Both the position numbers and the translations under genes were made by a program. This document shows, piece by piece, positions 43,577 through 56,346 of a DNA stretch of 64,000 nucleotides (positions are counted from its first letter, which is position 1; each line of letters starts with the position of its first letter). Below the pieces are notes generated by a model. That model did no database searches and was not told the origin of the DNA. It saw only the letters and a program-made list of their open reading frames with translations. Source of the DNA: Ignavibacteriota bacterium (lineage in GTDB: Bacteria; Bacteroidota; Ignavibacteria; Palsa-1295); the NCBI GenBank assembly GCA_963787835.1, contig CAWBEI010000002.1, positions 1,152,001 to 1,216,000 of the forward strand, in the 5' to 3' direction.

Positions 43577-43606
43577 GCTTGTGTTTTTGTGCTCAACTTC
43601 AATGAG

Positions 43607-44287
43607 CTATCCATTCGTCTTCTTCTCGTCCTGAAAAAGCCGGTACGAATAGACTCCCGTCCAAATCATCATCCCGATCACGGTTCCCAAGGCGATAAAA
43701 AGACTGGCGGACTGGAATATCAACGCAAGCACAATTCCCACAAGTGATCCGCGCACCCATAGCTTGCCGGCAAAGGCGTGTGTGCTGTTCCAGTTGTCTT
43801 CGCTGTCAAGCGTCCACGGGAGCCGGATGCCGATCATGTAATTTTGCTTTAACTTTGGCATTGCGAATCCAAGTCCGAAGAACAAGCCGAGCAATCCGAT
43901 GGCTATGAGAGGCGTAACATCGAGCTTCGGGTTGAACGCGGTTGCAAGCGTGAGAGCGAAGACGTATGTCAACATGGTGGCGATGAATAACCGAATCCAG
44001 AAATACGCTGGCATTGATGCCACGATATTCGCACGTTTCGGATCCAGGCGTGGAATAAAATAAAGGATGATCGCCACGAGCACATTCATCCCCGGCAAGA
44101 TCAATAATTCGAACGGACTTCCATAGCGGTTCACGTTACCATGTGCATCGAAATGCATCGGTACTCTGGCTGGAAGCGATGACCACGCGACCGCCAGAGC
44201 AATAAAGGGGAGAATGAGCAACACGATAAGCGGTAATTCCCTGAGAAACTTGCCAGAACCTTGATTTATAGAAATATTGCGATCCAT
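43607..44287 (-). CDS. SdpI/DUF1648 family membrane protein
   Basis: LP.RVPMHF...G, N..IGIRLPWTL.SE.NW..TH..AG. Confidence 0.88.
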   Translation of the reverse strand: MDRNISINQGSGKFLRELPLIVLLILPFIALAVAWSSLPARVPMHFDAHGNVNRYGSPFELLILPGMNVLVAIILYFIPRLDPKRANIVASMPAYFWIRLFIATMLTYVFALTLATAFNPKLDVTPLIAIGLLGLFFGLGFAMPKLKQNYMIGIRLPWTLDSEDNWNSTHAFAGKLWVRGSLVGIVLALIFQSASLFIALGTVIGMMIWTGVYSYRLFQDEKKTNG

Positions 44288-44446
44288 GGGTGAGATATGA
44301 GTTTTATTCCAAACATTCCAGTCACCCCATAAATCCCAGCCGAAGGCTCGCAATGAGGAGTTCTTACCCTATTGAACTTTCACAGCTAAAATTGGATTAA
44401 GTAACTTCCACGCTCGAATACACGCTCCCCTACCACATATCCACCC

Positions 44447-45343
44447 ATGAATCTATCATTTCTAACCCATACATGGTATGGGCCATTGCTTTTCGTTGTC
44501 CTCACGGGACATCTCACCATCATGTGTACTTCGCTTTATATGCACCGTGCTATGGCGCATAGCGGTATTACGCTGCATCCTGCGGTCAGTATGGCAATGC
44601 GCTGGTGGCTTTGGATCTTCACCGGAATGAGCACACGCGAATGGGTGGCAGTGCACCGAAAGCACCATGCGTTCGTGGAGACCGTGGACGATCCACATTC
44701 ACCCGTCATTCATGGCTGGTTGCAGATCCTGTTTTTTGGGGTGAATTATTACCGCAAGGCGTATAACGATCCTGCCGTGATCGAAAAATACTCGAAAGGC
44801 TGCCCGGACGATTGGATCGAGCGCAAGATCTTCATTCCGCATAAAGTGATCGGGCTGATGTTCCTCCTCGTGATCGATGTTCTGATCTTTGGATTTATTG
44901 CCGGACCCCTGGTGTGGGGCGGACAGGTATTGTGGGTTCCATTCTGGGCGGCGGGGATCGTGAATGGTATCGGGCACACGTTTGGGTATCGAAATTACAA
45001 AGTGAAAGATGAAAGCCGTAATATTATCCCGATCGGCATGTTGCTTTCCGGTGAAGAGCTTCACAACAATCATCACAAATTTCCTTCGAGCGCCAGGTTC
45101 TCACAGCGCTGGTTCGAGATCGATATGGGGTGGTGGTACATTCAGGCGCTTAAGCTTTTTGGCTTGGCTAAAGTAGAAATGGTGCAACACGCCGTACCAA
45201 ACTTCAAGCAAGCTGCATTAGCTGCTAAGGAATCGGCCATCGAAAAGGTGCATGAAGCCACCGTTGCTGCTAAAGAAGCGGCGGCTCAGGCCAAGACAGC
45301 AGTGAAAGTTATTGCAAAAGGGCCGCTCGGATCGGAGTATTAA
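44447..45343 (+). CDS. Delta-9-type fatty acid desaturase
   Basis: His boxes HRAMAH, HRKHH, HNNHH. Confidence 0.9.
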   Translation: MNLSFLTHTWYGPLLFVVLTGHLTIMCTSLYMHRAMAHSGITLHPAVSMAMRWWLWIFTGMSTREWVAVHRKHHAFVETVDDPHSPVIHGWLQILFFGVNYYRKAYNDPAVIEKYSKGCPDDWIERKIFIPHKVIGLMFLLVIDVLIFGFIAGPLVWGGQVLWVPFWAAGIVNGIGHTFGYRNYKVKDESRNIIPIGMLLSGEELHNNHHKFPSSARFSQRWFEIDMGWWYIQALKLFGLAKVEMVQHAVPNFKQAALAAKESAIEKVHEATVAAKEAAAQAKTAVKVIAKGPLGSEY

Positions 45344-45378
45344 AAAGAATCTGGATGTAGTTTACACATTCAGCGTCC

Positions 45379-46218
45379 TTACTGCTTCGCTGGTGCAAGT
45401 TCGCCGTACCAGTATGCAGACGTAACCCCTCCATCCATTAAGAAATCGCCTCCGGTGATGAACGCGCCATCGGCTCCCATCAAAAGTGCGGCAAGCGTTG
45501 CTATCTCATCCGGCGTACCAGCTCTACCTACTGGGCAAAGATTGATCATGCGGCGATATCCATCACCACGCGGGCCATTTAATTCATCCTTAGCAAGCGG
45601 AGTAATGATAATACCCGGGCTGATTGTGTTAATCCGTGCTCCACGCTTGCCCCATCGCACGGCCTCACACTTCACGCGCAGGGAGTTCCCCCGCTTCGAT
45701 ACCTGATATGCGTGAAGTGAATCCGTGATTTGATCCGGTTGCAGCATTGGAAGATCGAGCAGCTGGTCGGCCGGAGTAGTTGCCAACGCCGCATCTTGCT
45801 CGGGAGTAAGCGATGGGAGACGGTGCCCCGACATTGAGGCGATAACAATACCGGCCCCGCCCGATGCTATTACGTTCCCGAATTCCTCGAGTACGAGGGC
45901 AGTCCCATAAAGATCGACCTTAAGAATTGTGGTTGGTGATGCCTGTGTTGGAGATACACCGGCTGCATGAATAAGGCCTGTTATGCTACCAATGGTAGTA
46001 GCTGTTTCGACCAGTGCGTGGACCGACTTCCTCGAAGATACATCCACGATGGAAGTGCTCACATCAAACCCGGCATCGCTAAATACTTTTGCGGCGGCCT
46101 CGGCATTTTCCTTGCGTAGGTCGGCCAACAGCACATGTTTACCCGCACCGATCCGTCGTGCGATAGCCTGGCCTATTAATCCCGCACCGATTACAACGAC
46201 TACATTGGAATTATTCAT
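45379..46218 (-). CDS. SDR family oxidoreductase
   Basis: IGAGLIG, HAAGVSP, YQVSK, ITGGDFLMDGG. Confidence 0.9.
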   Translation of the reverse strand: MNNSNVVVVIGAGLIGQAIARRIGAGKHVLLADLRKENAEAAAKVFSDAGFDVSTSIVDVSSRKSVHALVETATTIGSITGLIHAAGVSPTQASPTTILKVDLYGTALVLEEFGNVIASGGAGIVIASMSGHRLPSLTPEQDAALATTPADQLLDLPMLQPDQITDSLHAYQVSKRGNSLRVKCEAVRWGKRGARINTISPGIIITPLAKDELNGPRGDGYRRMINLCPVGRAGTPDEIATLAALLMGADGAFITGGDFLMDGGVTSAYWYGELAPAKQ

Positions 46219-46279
46219 TTTATATTCTTCACTTAAATGACCCTACAGCCCGGAGTGCGAAGCAAAGCCTTCAACTCGC

Positions 46280-46876
46280 TCAAGGCTTATTAACTCCCAA
46301 ACTTTGTTTTAGTTCAAGCTTTGGATCCGACGCAAGCTTTACAACGAGATCAGCGACACTCTTTCTTGAAAGCCATTTCTTAGGATTCTTGAAAGGTTCA
46401 CCCTTGTGGGTTAACTGATAGTCAATCTCATCGTTGTTGTTGAGCCATTCGGGTCTGATGATCGTGTAATCCAAATCAGATGCTTCGATCAGTAAAGCTG
46501 CATCTCGATAGGGATCAAGAACCGCTTGTACGGTTGGCCGGGGACTTCATCGTAGATTCCCATAGAGCTGATGAAAATGAGGCGGTTTACCTTGGCCTTT
46601 GCCATGGCTGCAATGATGTTCTTCGCCTGACGTGGAAGATCGGCGTCGAGATTTGCATACACGACATCATGGCCCTGGATCGTTTCATCGAGTTTTTTCT
46701 GGTCGAGAACATTTCCTTCGACAACGTGTACGCGCTTTGACTGGGAGGCAATGTCGCGCAGACGATTTGTGTTGCGTGCAAATAGCGTTAGCTCGAAGTC
46801 TGTATTCTTTTAAAAACAATTCAATCGCAAATCGTGCGATCTGACCGTTTGCGCCCAAGATCAAAACTTTTTTCAT
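46280..46876 (-). pseudogene. NAD(P)H-binding (NmrA/SDR-like) protein with two frameshifts
   Basis: VLILGANGQIA, then D.VYANL...RLIFISSMGIY, then DYTIIRP.WL in successive frames; shifts near 46810 (+1) and 46527 (-1). Confidence 0.8.
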
Positions 46877-46893
46877 GAGTTTTTCCAGGAATG

Positions 46894-47319
46894 CTACTCA
46901 ACGGAAAGTTTTGTATATTCTTCGTCGGTTACTTTCTCCATCCACTCGACTGACTTACCATTAAGGCTTTCTTGGATAGCAAGATGGGTCATCGCTGTTT
47001 CAGGACTTGCGCCATGCCAGTGCCTTACAGCCGGAGGTGTCCAGATCACGTCTCCCTTTTGAATGCGACGAATGGGCCGCCCCCATTCTTGCATCAAGCC
47101 GGAGCCTTCGGTGACAACAAGTAGTTGGCCTTTGGGATGTGTGTGCCACGCCGATCTGGCGCAACACTCAAAGCACACATACCCAGCACTCATTGTGGAA
47201 GGATCTTCCCCGGCAAAGAGCATCGTGAAGTTTACTTCACCCGTGAAGGTTGTACTGGAACCTCGGTCGAGCGGTTGCTCTTCCGGCTTGATAATTGTTA
47301 TGGCGTTTTCGCTTTCCAT
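46894..47319 (-). CDS. Cupin domain protein
   Basis: ARSAWHTHPKGQ.L, GDVIW.PP...HWHGA. Confidence 0.9.
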   Translation of the reverse strand: MESENAITIIKPEEQPLDRGSSTTFTGEVNFTMLFAGEDPSTMSAGYVCFECCARSAWHTHPKGQLLVVTEGSGLMQEWGRPIRRIQKGDVIWTPPAVRHWHGASPETAMTHLAIQESLNGKSVEWMEKVTDEEYTKLSVE

Positions 47320-47342
47320 TTGCAATCCGGTTCTGTGGAAAC

Positions 47343-48089
47343 TTAAAGGTCCTGAGCTGTTGGTCTGAAAAGAATCTCGTTAATATCCTCGTCTTCGGGC
47401 TGACTAATAACAAACGCAACTGCGCGAGCAAAGGAGTCTGGGGAAATCGCATATTCCTTGTAGAATTTCTTAATTCCCTCAGCAATGTCAGGCTCACTTA
47501 TGCTATTCGGAAGTTCCGTTGCAACTGCCCCGGGTGAGATGACGCATGTACGGATGTTGTAGGGTTTTACTTCCTGACGAAGTCCCTCGGAAATGACACG
47601 GACTGCGATTTTCGTTGCCGAATAAACAACCCCAGCAGGTCGGACTTTGTGACCCGCAACCGAAGAGACGTTGATGATCTGTCCGGATTTTTGTGTCTTC
47701 ATGTGCGGTAGTACGGCTGCTATTCCGTAGAGAACACCTTTGATGTTCACGTCGATCATCAGTTCCCAGTCTTTGATTTTGAGGCGTTCAAGGGGTGAGT
47801 GTGGCATCAAACCAGCGCAATTGATGATTACGTCAACTCTTCCAAATTTTTCAACAGCTTCGTCGACCAACTGTTTAACCTGATCGGCTTTCGTTACATC
47901 GGTTGCGTGCGCGAATGCAGTTCCTCCATTCTCATTGATCTGGTTGGCAAGCGATTGTATGCGATCAATCCGTCTGGCGCCTAAAACCAGCCGTGCGCCT
48001 TCCTTTGCTAAATGCTTCGCAGCTGCTTCGCCTAATCCACTGCTTGCCCCGGTGATGACGATAACCTTTCCCTCGATATTATTTTTCAT
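47343..48089 (-). CDS. SDR family oxidoreductase
   Basis: [19 protein letters not shown]. Confidence 0.92.
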   Translation of the reverse strand: MKNNIEGKVIVITGASSGLGEAAAKHLAKEGARLVLGARRIDRIQSLANQINENGGTAFAHATDVTKADQVKQLVDEAVEKFGRVDVIINCAGLMPHSPLERLKIKDWELMIDVNIKGVLYGIAAVLPHMKTQKSGQIINVSSVAGHKVRPAGVVYSATKIAVRVISEGLRQEVKPYNIRTCVISPGAVATELPNSISEPDIAEGIKKFYKEYAISPDSFARAVAFVISQPEDEDINEILFRPTAQDL

Positions 48090-48146
48090 TAACTACGTCG
48101 ATTTTTCTGGCCATACATCAAACCCTTGTCAAATGAACAGCTTGGA

Positions 48147-50216
<2,070 letters not shown>

Positions 50217-50405
50217 AAAAATTGATAAAAAATCCTTGAAATCCACCTCGGCTTAGGGGCGTTTCCGAGGTGCGCTGTTAGACCGCCAAAATCGCTCTAA
50301 ATCCTTGTAAAATCAGTAGTTTTTGACTATTTTTAGAACGCAAAAGTGAGGTGTAAGAGTCCCTATTTTAAGTTATTTTTTTTCTCATTTTTGCGTTTGC
50401 CTTAA

Positions 50406-51464
50406 GTGGCTAACGTATGGGACCAAGTTCGCAATCTTATCCTCCACCACGGCTGGAACAGCACCTGCTATCAATTGCTGAATCCGGGATTTGAGTATTG
50501 GATCAGCAAGGATGGCGATGCGGTTGCCGGCTACGTTGAATATGGTGGAACGCGAATCGTTGGCGGGTCGCCTGTTTGCACATTTGAACGGCTGCCGGAC
50601 GTTGTGAATGAATTCGAAAAGGATTCCGCCTCGCTCGGGCTTCGCGTTTGCTACTTTGCAAGCGAAGCTCGGCTTGAAAGCGTGATCGCTAAACGCGCGG
50701 GATATGCCATTACGCAGCTTGGCGCGCAGCCGGTTTGGAACCCAAGATCACTGGTTGAAAAGATGGCCGCGAAATCTTCGCTGCGTGGTCAGCTTAATCG
50801 TGCATTTCATAAAGGATTGGTCGTCGAACAATGGGCTCCCGGAAAGGCGACGGGTAATCCTGCATTGAAAAAAATTCTCGATGATTGGCTTTCCACGCGC
50901 GGATTGCCAAGCCTTCATTTCCTTGTCGAACCGGAAACACTTTCGAGTTTGGAGGATAGAAGAATGTTCGTCGCGCTACGTGATGAGGAAGCTGTCGGAT
51001 TTCTGAACGCCTCGCCAATTCCAGGACGCAATGGCTGGCTTGTCGAGCAGTTTGTGAGAGGACATGACGCGCCGAATGGGACGGTAGAGCTGATGCTGCA
51101 TCGTGCCGCAGAAATATTTGCCGAGGAAGGTTACGACTATCTGACGCTCGGGCTTTCCCCGCTTACACAACAAGCAGAGAATTCGCTTCATCACGCTTCG
51201 CCAATCATTCGATTTTTACTACGGTGGGCGCGGGCGCATGGCAAGCGATTCTACGATTTCGAAGGTCTCGAATTTTTCAAAACGAAATTCGAGCCAGAAT
51301 ATTGGGAACCGATCTACGCGATCTCGAACGAACCGAAGTTTTCCTTGCGCGCGCTGTATGCCATTGCATGTGCATTTACGAACGGTCATCCAATTCGGAC
51401 GGTGATGTTGGGGATTACCAAAGCGATAAGGTATGAGGCGCGTTGGGCTTTGCATAAGCCGTGA
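50406..51464 (+). CDS. DUF2156 / aminoacyl-phosphatidylglycerol synthase catalytic-domain protein
   Basis: APNGTVELM, LGLSPL, FYDFEGL..FK.KF.P..WEPIY. Confidence 0.82.
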   Translation: MANVWDQVRNLILHHGWNSTCYQLLNPGFEYWISKDGDAVAGYVEYGGTRIVGGSPVCTFERLPDVVNEFEKDSASLGLRVCYFASEARLESVIAKRAGYAITQLGAQPVWNPRSLVEKMAAKSSLRGQLNRAFHKGLVVEQWAPGKATGNPALKKILDDWLSTRGLPSLHFLVEPETLSSLEDRRMFVALRDEEAVGFLNASPIPGRNGWLVEQFVRGHDAPNGTVELMLHRAAEIFAEEGYDYLTLGLSPLTQQAENSLHHASPIIRFLLRWARAHGKRFYDFEGLEFFKTKFEPEYWEPIYAISNEPKFSLRALYAIACAFTNGHPIRTVMLGITKAIRYEARWALHKP

Positions 51465-51526
51465 TCCAAGGCAAGAAGTTTTTCACCCATTGCGGCTGTT
51501 CTCTAACTTTACGCATTCACGCCGCA

Positions 51527-53233
51527 ATGGATATTGCCTCACTTTCTTACTTTACACCGCTTGTCAAGGATTACCTGACGCGCTTTTCCGAAGCGCCCGT
51601 TCGGGAATTTTTTCCCATTGCTCCGGACGCCCCGCAGGAGCAGATGAAACGGTTGATCGATGCGCGGCTTACGCATGAAGCCACGCTTCCACCCACTCAT
51701 CGAACGACGGTTACGAAGTCGATGCGAATCTATCACGAGTCGTTGGGAGAAATGAGTCCCGCGATTGCTCGTAATCTTGAACTGCTCGAATCCCCAGGAA
51801 CGCTCGCTATCGTGACCGGCCAGCAAACCGGGATGCTCGACGGTCCACTTTATTCCTTCTATAAAGCATTCACGGCGATCGAGCTGGCTAACGATTTCCG
51901 AGCGCGCTTTCCCGAGCATTCCTTCGTGCCCGTCTTCTGGATCGAAACAGAGGATCACGATCTCGAAGAAATATCGTCGGTGCATGTTCTAAATGCAGAA
52001 GGCCGTCTTGAATCCGTTCGTTATACACCTTCTGCGCTTGCTGCCAATCCAGAGGTAGCTTGGCGTAAACAAGTAGGGCCGACATTATTAGAGGAAGCGC
52101 CACTTGCTGAGTTTTTCGAGAAACTTCGCGGGGTATTGCAACCTACCGATTTTTCTGCTGAAGTAATGGCTCTGGTACAGCGTACCTATACTCCGGGAAC
52201 CTCGTTCGCTCGGGCGTTCGCTGCCTTGCTGTTGCATTATTTCGGGGAGGACGGCCTGCTCATTGTCGATGCAAATTCAAGGGAATTAAAATCGCTTGCA
52301 TCGGGACTATTTCGACGAGAGATAGAAACATCACCGCAATTATCGGAGAAGATCGTGCTGCAATCGGTCAAGGTGGAGGAGTATTATCATGCGCAGATCA
52401 AACCTCGTGCCATGAATATTTTCTTTGTCGATGAAGATGGTGATCGGTTGCCTATCGTTGAACGTGAAAAGACCACTGATAATGGACGATCTTTTTTTCT
52501 CAAAGGATCTCGAAAGACGTTCACACTCTCAGAATTGCTGGCTGATCTGGAGGAACATCCCGAGCGATTCAGTTCCAACGTAGTCACGCGGCCCTTATTT
52601 CAGGATACACTTTTACCAACCGTTGCGTATGTTGGTGGACCTGGCGAGATAGCGTATTTTGCCCAACTCGCTCGAGCGTATGAATGGGCTAATCTTCCAA
52701 TGCCGCTCATTTATCCTCGTGTGACGGCAACACTCATTGAGGAACGTCTCGAAAGGGTCTTCACGAAATTTCACATCCCGCCGGAAGAGATACTTGCAGA
52801 TGCTCATGGTAGGAACACCGCACTGTTCGATGCCATGATCGAAACAGAGTTGGTCCCGCGATTTGGATCGGCATTATCAGAAATAGACAGTTCGCTGGAA
52901 GCGATTCGTGAAAAAGTGAATCGGGTGGATGCTACGCTCGATGGAGCACTCACGGCACTAAAGGGAAAAGTACTTACGGCCGTCCGTGATTTTGAAGGCA
53001 AAACGCTTGCCGCAGAGCGAAAACGCCATGCCACGACCAAGGCACAGCTCGATAAAGTGCTTGCCGCACTTTTGCCAGCCGGAGAACTCCAGGAGCGTGA
53101 ACTAAGTATGGTCTATTTTCTCAACAAATATGGCCCGCGCTATTTTGAGCTGGTAAAACAGCTTATTCGGCCCGTTGCCTTGAATTTCCACGAACATCAT
53201 GTGTTTCATCTAAAAGACCTTCCACCGGGTTAG
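51527..53233 (+). CDS. bshC: Bacillithiol biosynthesis cysteine-adding enzyme
   Basis: IVTGQQ.G...GPLY..YKA, PVFW...EDHD, FS.NV..RPL.Q, YVGGPGE.AY, LQER. Confidence 0.9.
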   Translation: MDIASLSYFTPLVKDYLTRFSEAPVREFFPIAPDAPQEQMKRLIDARLTHEATLPPTHRTTVTKSMRIYHESLGEMSPAIARNLELLESPGTLAIVTGQQTGMLDGPLYSFYKAFTAIELANDFRARFPEHSFVPVFWIETEDHDLEEISSVHVLNAEGRLESVRYTPSALAANPEVAWRKQVGPTLLEEAPLAEFFEKLRGVLQPTDFSAEVMALVQRTYTPGTSFARAFAALLLHYFGEDGLLIVDANSRELKSLASGLFRREIETSPQLSEKIVLQSVKVEEYYHAQIKPRAMNIFFVDEDGDRLPIVEREKTTDNGRSFFLKGSRKTFTLSELLADLEEHPERFSSNVVTRPLFQDTLLPTVAYVGGPGEIAYFAQLARAYEWANLPMPLIYPRVTATLIEERLERVFTKFHIPPEEILADAHGRNTALFDAMIETELVPRFGSALSEIDSSLEAIREKVNRVDATLDGALTALKGKVLTAVRDFEGKTLAAERKRHATTKAQLDKVLAALLPAGELQERELSMVYFLNKYGPRYFELVKQLIRPVALNFHEHHVFHLKDLPPG

Positions 53234-53326
53234 AGGTAGCCACAAAACTGAGAGAACTTCCCGGGGCGCACTTCGGTTAACGGCTTCCCGCAATGGGAAA
53301 TTAGAATTAGGGTAAGGATTTGTCGT

Positions 53327-53358
53327 TCATACTTCATACTTCATAATTCATACTTCAT
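53327..53358. repeat. Heptamer array (TTCATAC)n upstream of tRNA-Arg
   Basis: TTCATAC TTCATAC TTCATAA TTCATAC TTCA. Confidence 0.75.
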
Positions 53359-53369
53359 CATTGGGAATG

Positions 53370-53443
53370 GCACCCGTAGCTCAATTGGATAGAGCATCTG
53401 ACTACGGATCAGAAGGTTTGGGGTTCGAATCCCTGCGGGTGCA
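53370..53443 (+). tRNA. tRNA-Arg(ACG)
   Basis: GCACCCG/CGGGTGC acceptor, TCTGA-CTACGGA-TCAGA anticodon arm, GTTCGAAT; CCA not encoded. Confidence 0.95.
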
Positions 53444-53550
53444 CTTCTTTATTTAAGAATTTTCAATTAAAAATTAAGAGTTGGGGGTGGGTGGCTCCGA
53501 TCGAAGATATAATGCCCGTTTCTTAATTCTCAATTATTAATTGAAACGAG

Positions 53551-53624
53551 GCGCCTGTAGCTCAACTGGATAGAGCATCAGCCTTCGAAGCTGAGGGTTC
53601 GGGGTTCGAATCCCTGCAGGCGCA
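53551..53624 (+). tRNA. tRNA-Arg(TCG)
   Basis: GCGCCTG/CAGGCGC acceptor, TCAGC-CTTCGAA-GCTGA anticodon arm, GTTCGAAT. Confidence 0.93.
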
Positions 53625-53658
53625 CTCTGAGTTGAGATGCGTTAGATGCTCTGAGAAC

Positions 53659-54591
53659 TTAATGCCCTTTACCCAAATTCAAGAGTGGAGACAAGTGTTG
53701 ATCGAACGGGCTAAAGATCATCGAATTTCCTTTTTCTCCAACATCCTTAATTGTCTCCAAATACTTGTATTGTAGGTAGCTCGATGTTAAGCTGTGACCA
53801 ATGATCGCTTGCGCGCTGTCGATGCCTCTCGCTTGAATTTTTAAAATTTCCGCCTCGGCGGTAGCTTTTTGTTTCTTGTATTCCATCGCAATGGCTTCCT
53901 GCTGCGATGCGATCTTTGCATTAATTGCTGTTTGCACCTCCGTCGAAGGCACCACTTCCCTCAATTTAACATCTTCCAGCACAACGCCTCGTAAGCGAAA
54001 GATACTATCCAACTGTTGCTTGCAAATATTTTCGAATAATGTTCGATCGGCATTCACGTATAGGTCTGTGGAATTGAACAAAGTAGCAACTCTTGGAATA
54101 ACACTTCGAATATCCGGTCGAATGATCTTTTCAACGTAATCCGTCCCGATCAGTCGATACACTTTTGGAGCGTCCGTTGGGGACAAATGAAACGTTACCG
54201 ATAGATCCATTTGCGGCGTGCTTTGATCCTTCATCGTGATCGCCACAGCATCGTTCCCTTGAACAGTACCTTCATTCGTGCGGCTCGACATGGTATAATT
54301 CTGAGTACGGACATTCATTGTTTCAATCGACATGATGGGATTTATCACATGAAATCCACCCTGAAGTGCGTCCGGCTCAACATTCCCCAAAAAGGTCTTG
54401 ACACCAACTTCACCGGCAGGAATTACCACGAAACTCCCAAACACTAAAAGTAAAATCGACAAGATGATGGATACAGAGCCGATCGGCGCTATCCACCTCT
54501 TAGAAACGGCCTGCTGTGGCACTTTGCCGTTAGAGAGTATGAATCCTAAGCCGACTAAAAAGAACAGTATCGAAAAAACAACGGTAGCCAT
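53659..54591 (-). CDS. Prohibitin / SPFH domain protein
   Basis: VIPAGEVGV...G.V, KIIRP.IRS, AI..K...Q.E; N-terminal TM helices. Confidence 0.88.
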   Translation of the reverse strand: MATVVFSILFFLVGLGFILSNGKVPQQAVSKRWIAPIGSVSIILSILLLVFGSFVVIPAGEVGVKTFLGNVEPDALQGGFHVINPIMSIETMNVRTQNYTMSSRTNEGTVQGNDAVAITMKDQSTPQMDLSVTFHLSPTDAPKVYRLIGTDYVEKIIRPDIRSVIPRVATLFNSTDLYVNADRTLFENICKQQLDSIFRLRGVVLEDVKLREVVPSTEVQTAINAKIASQQEAIAMEYKKQKATAEAEILKIQARGIDSAQAIIGHSLTSSYLQYKYLETIKDVGEKGNSMIFSPFDQHLSPLLNLGKGH

Positions 54592-54718
54592 AGTATATAT
54601 ATTGCTTAAAATAGAAGATCGCTCAACACGGAAGAATGCTTTAGAATTGCCCCACATGGGGCACCAGTTATCATTCTTGTTTTCGATCGAGAACGTTTGA
54701 TGTGATATTTAAAACGCG

Positions 54719-54743
54719 AACCCCCTCCGCATTGGAGGGGGTT
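54719..54743 (-). terminator. Hairpin, possible terminator
   Basis: AACCCCCTCC-loop-GGAGGGGGTT downstream of 54821-55348. Confidence 0.5.
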
Positions 54744-54820
54744 CTAAAGGATGATCGATCATCCCGGAAGGCCAAAAAGTTATGACCTGCCGTTTCTTTC
54801 GAACGAATTATCTTCTAAGG

Positions 54821-55348
54821 TTACTTCAGAAGCACCATACGCTTGGAGGCAGTAAAAGTACCCGCATCCATGCGATAGATATATGTTCCCGAAGGAAGAT
54901 TATCCGCGTCCGTGAAGTCGATCTGGTAGGTACCCGGCACCTCTACTTCATCCACGAGCGGTGCATGTACTTCCTGGCCCAAGAGGTTCATCACGCGAAT
55001 AGTTACGCGTGTTTGCTCCGGGATGGAATACTTGATCGTCGTCGATGGATTAAAAGGATTCGGATAGTTCTGCTCGAGAGTGAAACCGGCTTCATCGGGG
55101 CCTACTTTCACGCTAAGAGCGGACTGTGGTAGTGTGTACCAAAATCCCTGCTCGTCGATGAAAGGAGATGTACCCGCTGCTCCGATGACTGGTTGACCGA
55201 TAGTGCCGTTTAACACGAGACCACCACCGGAAACGTTTGTCATCCCAGAGCCGATTACGCTTCTCGCGATCGTTATTGACTGTGAACGGGCGGTGAAGCT
55301 CGTCGCAGCCAGCAACAATCCAGCGATAACTAATGCGCGAATGTTCAT
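54821..55348 (-). CDS. Small secreted protein with T9SS type A sorting domain
   Basis: LEQNYPNPFNPSTTIKYSIP...LPSGTYIYR...KRMVLLK. Confidence 0.85.
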   Translation of the reverse strand: MNIRALVIAGLLLAATSFTARSQSITIARSVIGSGMTNVSGGGLVLNGTIGQPVIGAAGTSPFIDEQGFWYTLPQSALSVKVGPDEAGFTLEQNYPNPFNPSTTIKYSIPEQTRVTIRVMNLLGQEVHAPLVDEVEVPGTYQIDFTDADNLPSGTYIYRMDAGTFTASKRMVLLK

Positions 55349-55564
55349 TGTGTATTTTCCCTTTGATTATGATTCGTCGAAAGAGAGTTCACCATATTAT
55401 ACAAACTTTTGAGCGAAATGCTCCCCGATTTTCCTCTTTTTTTCGTGTTGGCTAAAAATAATTCATTCTATATGAAAAGCAACGTGATCGATATTCAATA
55501 AATAATTATTTAAAAAAACACCAATGAGAATTCTCATTGCATTCCTATCGTTCAAGATGCGACT

Positions 55565-55822
55565 ATGAAAAAAACATTTCTTGCGTTACCGCTCCTTACC
55601 ATTGCGCTTCTTAGCTCCTGTGCAGATAAAATGACCGATCAACACAGCGAGCTTGTTGGCGGCGATCAGGGCCCCACCCCTCCCGAATTGCGGGATTACA
55701 AAAATAACGGCACTCCCAGCAACACCAATGGCATGGGGCAGCCGCTGGCTGGTGGAAAGGTAAATTCTACCCCTGATTCTTTATGGAATCAGAACTCCCC
55801 GCTTGAGGCGAAGCCGTTTTAA
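55565..55822 (+). CDS. Small lipoprotein
   Basis: MKK signal peptide with lipobox LSSC. Confidence 0.7.
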   Translation: MKKTFLALPLLTIALLSSCADKMTDQHSELVGGDQGPTPPELRDYKNNGTPSNTNGMGQPLAGGKVNSTPDSLWNQNSPLEAKPF

Positions 55823-55842
55823 TAAGGAAGCTGCAAATTACC

Positions 55843-55964
55843 GTCATTGTGAGGAAAACATTCGAAGCAAGCGGAGAATGTTTGATGAAGCAATCCCTTC
55901 ACCACCCTGAGATTGCAGTGTCGAGAAAATCTTCCTTCGGTCGGTTCTCTCTCCTCGTCAATGA
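55843..55964. repeat. Degenerate palindromic REP/RPE-like element (same family as 1017-1142)
   Basis: GTCATTGTGAGG...GAAGCAATC...GAGATTGC...CCTTCGGTCG...CTCCTCGTCAATGA. Confidence 0.75.
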
Positions 55965-56025
55965 TATGATAAAATAATCTCACGGCGGAAACTATCGCGT
56001 CCCATTTCCGTTAATATGAATGACA

Positions 56026-56171
56026 CTCATCGAGAACAGCCGAGGGATCAGGCCCGAAGACGCTGTAGCAACCGTTGAGACCCCGTTCCTCTTTTCACTT
56101 ATAGGAACGGACTCAAGCCAAGGTGCTAACTCCTGCTGATGTCATCTACGCGATGGCATTGGGAAGATGAG
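56026..56171 (+). ncRNA. SAM-I (S-box) riboswitch
   Basis: CTCATCGAGA, GAGGGA..GGCCC, GCAACC, AAGGTGCTAA.TCC, AAGATGAG; upstream of met genes. Confidence 0.93.
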
Positions 56172-56346
56172 CCGAATCGGATGCACGATCACAATCGATC
56201 GACATCCGGCGGATGCAAGATCATTAATCACGATCGGTCATCTGGCTATGACGATGGTTCGCAGAAGGCGAACCCTCCGGAGGGATGGTAGATCATCCGC
56301 GGAGTTGTCGCAAGGCCTATTCGGCGCAGCATTTAAATGCTCATCA

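Noticed and set aside
53370-53660. tRNA-anchored integrative element
   Set aside because: No integrase and no duplicated tRNA 3' end seen
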